Notes under the pieces: generated by a model
The model's input: only the letters and a program-made list of their open reading frames with translations
Database searches by the model: none
Told to the model about the DNA's origin: nothing
Shown: in pieces, positions 61,775 through 64,000 of the stretch
How positions within the stretch are numbered: position 1 is the stretch's first letter
Layout of the letters: each line of letters opens with the position of its first letter
DNA from: Spirochaetia bacterium
GTDB taxonomy: Bacteria; Spirochaetota; Spirochaetia; SZUA-6; Bin103
Assembly: GCA_965198005.1 (NCBI GenBank)
Contig: CBDAOI010000003.1
Location: 640,001 to 704,000, forward strand
Direction: 5' to 3'
DNA: 64,000 bases
Translations under genes and position numbers: made by a program

Positions 61775-62733
61775 GCAACATCGCTGATCCCGTCGGCGCC
61801 GAGGAGCGACGCCGGCGCGGCCCTCTTGCGGACTTCTTTTACCGCCTGGTCAGGGAGAAGCCGTTGGGCCTGCTCGGCGCGGTGATCATTGTGCTGTTCG
61901 TGCTGGTGAGCATCTTCGCCGACGTGGTGGCGCCCGACCCCGACCTGCGCCAGGACGTGACCCGGAGCCTGCAGGGCTCCTCCGCCCAGCATCTGCTGGG
62001 AACCGATCATATCGGGCGCGACTTCCTGAGCCGCAACATCTACGGCGGTCGCCTGTCGCTGTTGGTCGGCTTCGCGGCGACCACGGTGGCGGTGGTGGTG
62101 GCCACCGCCGTCGGCGGGCTGTCGGGGTTCGTCGGTGGCCGACTGGACATGGTGACGCAGAGATTCGTCGATGCCTGGATGGCCTTTCCGGGACTTCTCC
62201 TGCTCATGACCATCATGTCGATCCTGGGTACCGGTGCACCGCAGATCATCATCGTGCTGGGCCTGACCTACGGCGTCGGCAGCTCGCGCGTGGTCCGGGG
62301 CGCGGTGATCGGAGTGAAGGAGAACGCCTACTTTCAGGCCGCGCAGGCCGTTGGCAGCCCGCCCTGGCGCACGGTGCTGCGCCACGTGCTGCCGAACGTG
62401 CTGGCGCCCATCATCGTCATCTTCAGCATCACCATCGGCGCGGTCATCATCACCGAGGCTTCGCTGAGCTTTCTCGGCTTTGGGTTGCCGCTGAGTGTGC
62501 CCAGCTGGGGCGGCCTGCTCAGCCGCGAGGGGCGCAAGTACATGCGGGTGGCGCCGTGGCTGGCCATGTGGCCCGGCATCTTCCTGACCATCGTGGTGTA
62601 CAGCTTCAACATGTTCGGCGACGCGGTGCGCGACCTGCTCGACCCGCGCCTGCGCGGCGGCGTGGGCCGCATGGGTGCCCACGGCGGCAAGGCGCTGCGG
62701 CGTGCGGTGCAGACGCGCTCGTCGCGCAACTGA
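61771..62733 (+). CDS. OppC/DppC-like permease, cassette 4
   Basis: Same motifs as the paralogs. Confidence 0.93.
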   Translation: MSNIADPVGAEERRRRGPLADFFYRLVREKPLGLLGAVIIVLFVLVSIFADVVAPDPDLRQDVTRSLQGSSAQHLLGTDHIGRDFLSRNIYGGRLSLLVGFAATTVAVVVATAVGGLSGFVGGRLDMVTQRFVDAWMAFPGLLLLMTIMSILGTGAPQIIIVLGLTYGVGSSRVVRGAVIGVKENAYFQAAQAVGSPPWRTVLRHVLPNVLAPIIVIFSITIGAVIITEASLSFLGFGLPLSVPSWGGLLSREGRKYMRVAPWLAMWPGIFLTIVVYSFNMFGDAVRDLLDPRLRGGVGRMGAHGGKALRRAVQTRSSRN

Positions 62734-62744
62734 CCGAAGCTGGA

Positions 62745-62891
62745 ACCGAGGCTGCGAAATGCCCTCTCGATCAGTGACAGGCGTTTGTAGGCGCCGACCA
62801 CCTCGTCACTAGCGAACTGCTCTTCAGAGACGTTGGTACGGATGATGTAGAACCCGTCGAGCGCCGCCTCCTGTGAGAGTTTTTTAACCAT
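62745..62891 (-). pseudogene. IS1634-like transposase internal fragment
   Basis: EAALDGFYIIRTNV...VVGAYKRLSLIERAFRSL. Confidence 0.7.
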
Positions 62892-62897
62892 ATCTGG

Positions 62898-63977
62898 TCA
62901 GAATCGGATTACCCCACGGGCAACCTTGCCGTTGAGCATGTCTTCAAACGCCTCATTCACCGCTTCCAACGGATAGGTCCGGGTGATAAGTTCATCCAGC
63001 TTGAGTTTCCCGGCTCGATAGAGCGAGAGGAGGCGAGGTACGTCATAGCGCATCCGCGTCGTGCCGAGGGCGCTGCCCATGATGATCCGTTCACCCCCCA
63101 TGAGTAGGCGAGGCTCCAGACAAATCGGTTCGGACTGCGGTAAACCAATCAAGATCGCTTTGCCCCGCGGTCGGATGGCCCGTATCGCCTGTTCATACGT
63201 CACATTTGTGCCAATCGCTTCAATCGCATAATCGGCGCCAAGACCCTCGGTCAAGTTGTGGATTTCGGGTATCGGGTCACCGTTGGTGGCGTTGATGGTA
63301 TGGGTGGCCCCAAACTGGCGGGCCAGTTCGAGCTTCGCCTCCACCAAATCAACCGCGATGATCTGGGCCGCCCCGGACAGAGCGGCCCCTTGAATCGCAT
63401 TCAACCCGATGCCACCGGCCCCAAAAACCACGACGCTGCTCCCTAGCTTCACCTCCGCTGTGTTGGCCACGCTACCCACGCCGGTGATGACGCTACAACC
63501 ACATAGGGCTGCCTTTTCGAGCGGGAAATCCTGGTCAATTGGGACCGCGGCTTCTTGGGGGACCACCGTATATTCGGCAAAGGAAGCGACGGTGAATTGG
63601 TAGATGCCCTTTCCATTTTTGCTATAGCGCGGGGGGCGCTCTTTCATCTGGGCTGCCTTGCGGCAAAGGCTGGCATAGCCACGCACACAGTAGATACAGT
63701 GACCACAGGCAGGCGAGATCGAAAGCACCACCGGATCACCTGGTTTGACCAGGCTGACACCCGACCCGACCGCCTCGACAACCCCGGCTCCTTCATCGCC
63801 CAACACGACGGGAAGCGGCCACTTCTCCTTACCCGTAATGACGGCATAGCAGCTATGGCAGACACCCGTCGCGGCGATCTTGACCAGGACTTCGCCCGCT
63901 TTGGGACCGTCCACATCAACCTCTTCAACCACAATTGGCTGGTTCTCTTCGTACAAGACAGCGGCTTTCACTTTCAT
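62898..63977 (-). CDS. Zn-dependent alcohol dehydrogenase (MDR family)
   Basis: GVCHS, G(D)EGAG, structural CGHCIYC...C, VFGAGGIG. Confidence 0.9.
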   Translation of the reverse strand: MKVKAAVLYEENQPIVVEEVDVDGPKAGEVLVKIAATGVCHSCYAVITGKEKWPLPVVLGDEGAGVVEAVGSGVSLVKPGDPVVLSISPACGHCIYCVRGYASLCRKAAQMKERPPRYSKNGKGIYQFTVASFAEYTVVPQEAAVPIDQDFPLEKAALCGCSVITGVGSVANTAEVKLGSSVVVFGAGGIGLNAIQGAALSGAAQIIAVDLVEAKLELARQFGATHTINATNGDPIPEIHNLTEGLGADYAIEAIGTNVTYEQAIRAIRPRGKAILIGLPQSEPICLEPRLLMGGERIIMGSALGTTRMRYDVPRLLSLYRAGKLKLDELITRTYPLEAVNEAFEDMLNGKVARGVIRF

Positions 63978-64000
63978 AGATAATTCCTTTCTATACTCAG

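Overview
High-GC bacterial window, probably from a spirochaete. This is inferred from the substrate-binding proteins with ...LWAGG/LWAAG-type signal peptides lacking a lipobox Cys, the short archaeal-type PyrH and the LolA/UVR-motif/UvrD neighbourhood. The intact core covers about 4.2-14.6 kb and 20.7-30.4 kb. It holds katG, a selenocysteine (in-frame TGA + SECIS) NAD-linked formate dehydrogenase in split and rearranged form with fdhD, fabH, a DsbA-family protein, fabD-fabG-fabF, tRNA-Leu(CAA), pyrH, a SerA-like dehydrogenase, lolA and a UvrD-family helicase. The rest is accessory DNA built around four complete, ATPase-less peptide/nickel-type ABC cassettes (SBP + two permeases) and several stubs of further copies. 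These are interleaved with abutting fragments of toxin-antitoxin/defence genes, transposases, integrases and a group II intron RT. Main observations: (1) one whole ABC cassette lies inside a 6.0-kb non-autonomous transposon with perfect 20-bp terminal inverted repeats and a 9-bp target duplication (14652-20649); (2) all four intact SBP genes are preceded by a strong-SD micro-ORF (MILKEP/MILKEPHARAA or MKHPTGYD), a hairpin at its stop, and a covarying GAGAG...CTCTC-GAAA stem next to the RBS, a candidate undescribed leader-peptide/RNA regulatory system; (3) an Rpn nuclease has an intragenic RBS for a small antitoxin; (4) unexplained repeat arrays sit at an equivalent slot between cassette and transposon end. 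Family calls are from motif recognition only, with no database searches. Fragment boundaries are approximate, and part of the mosaic could be assembly artefact.
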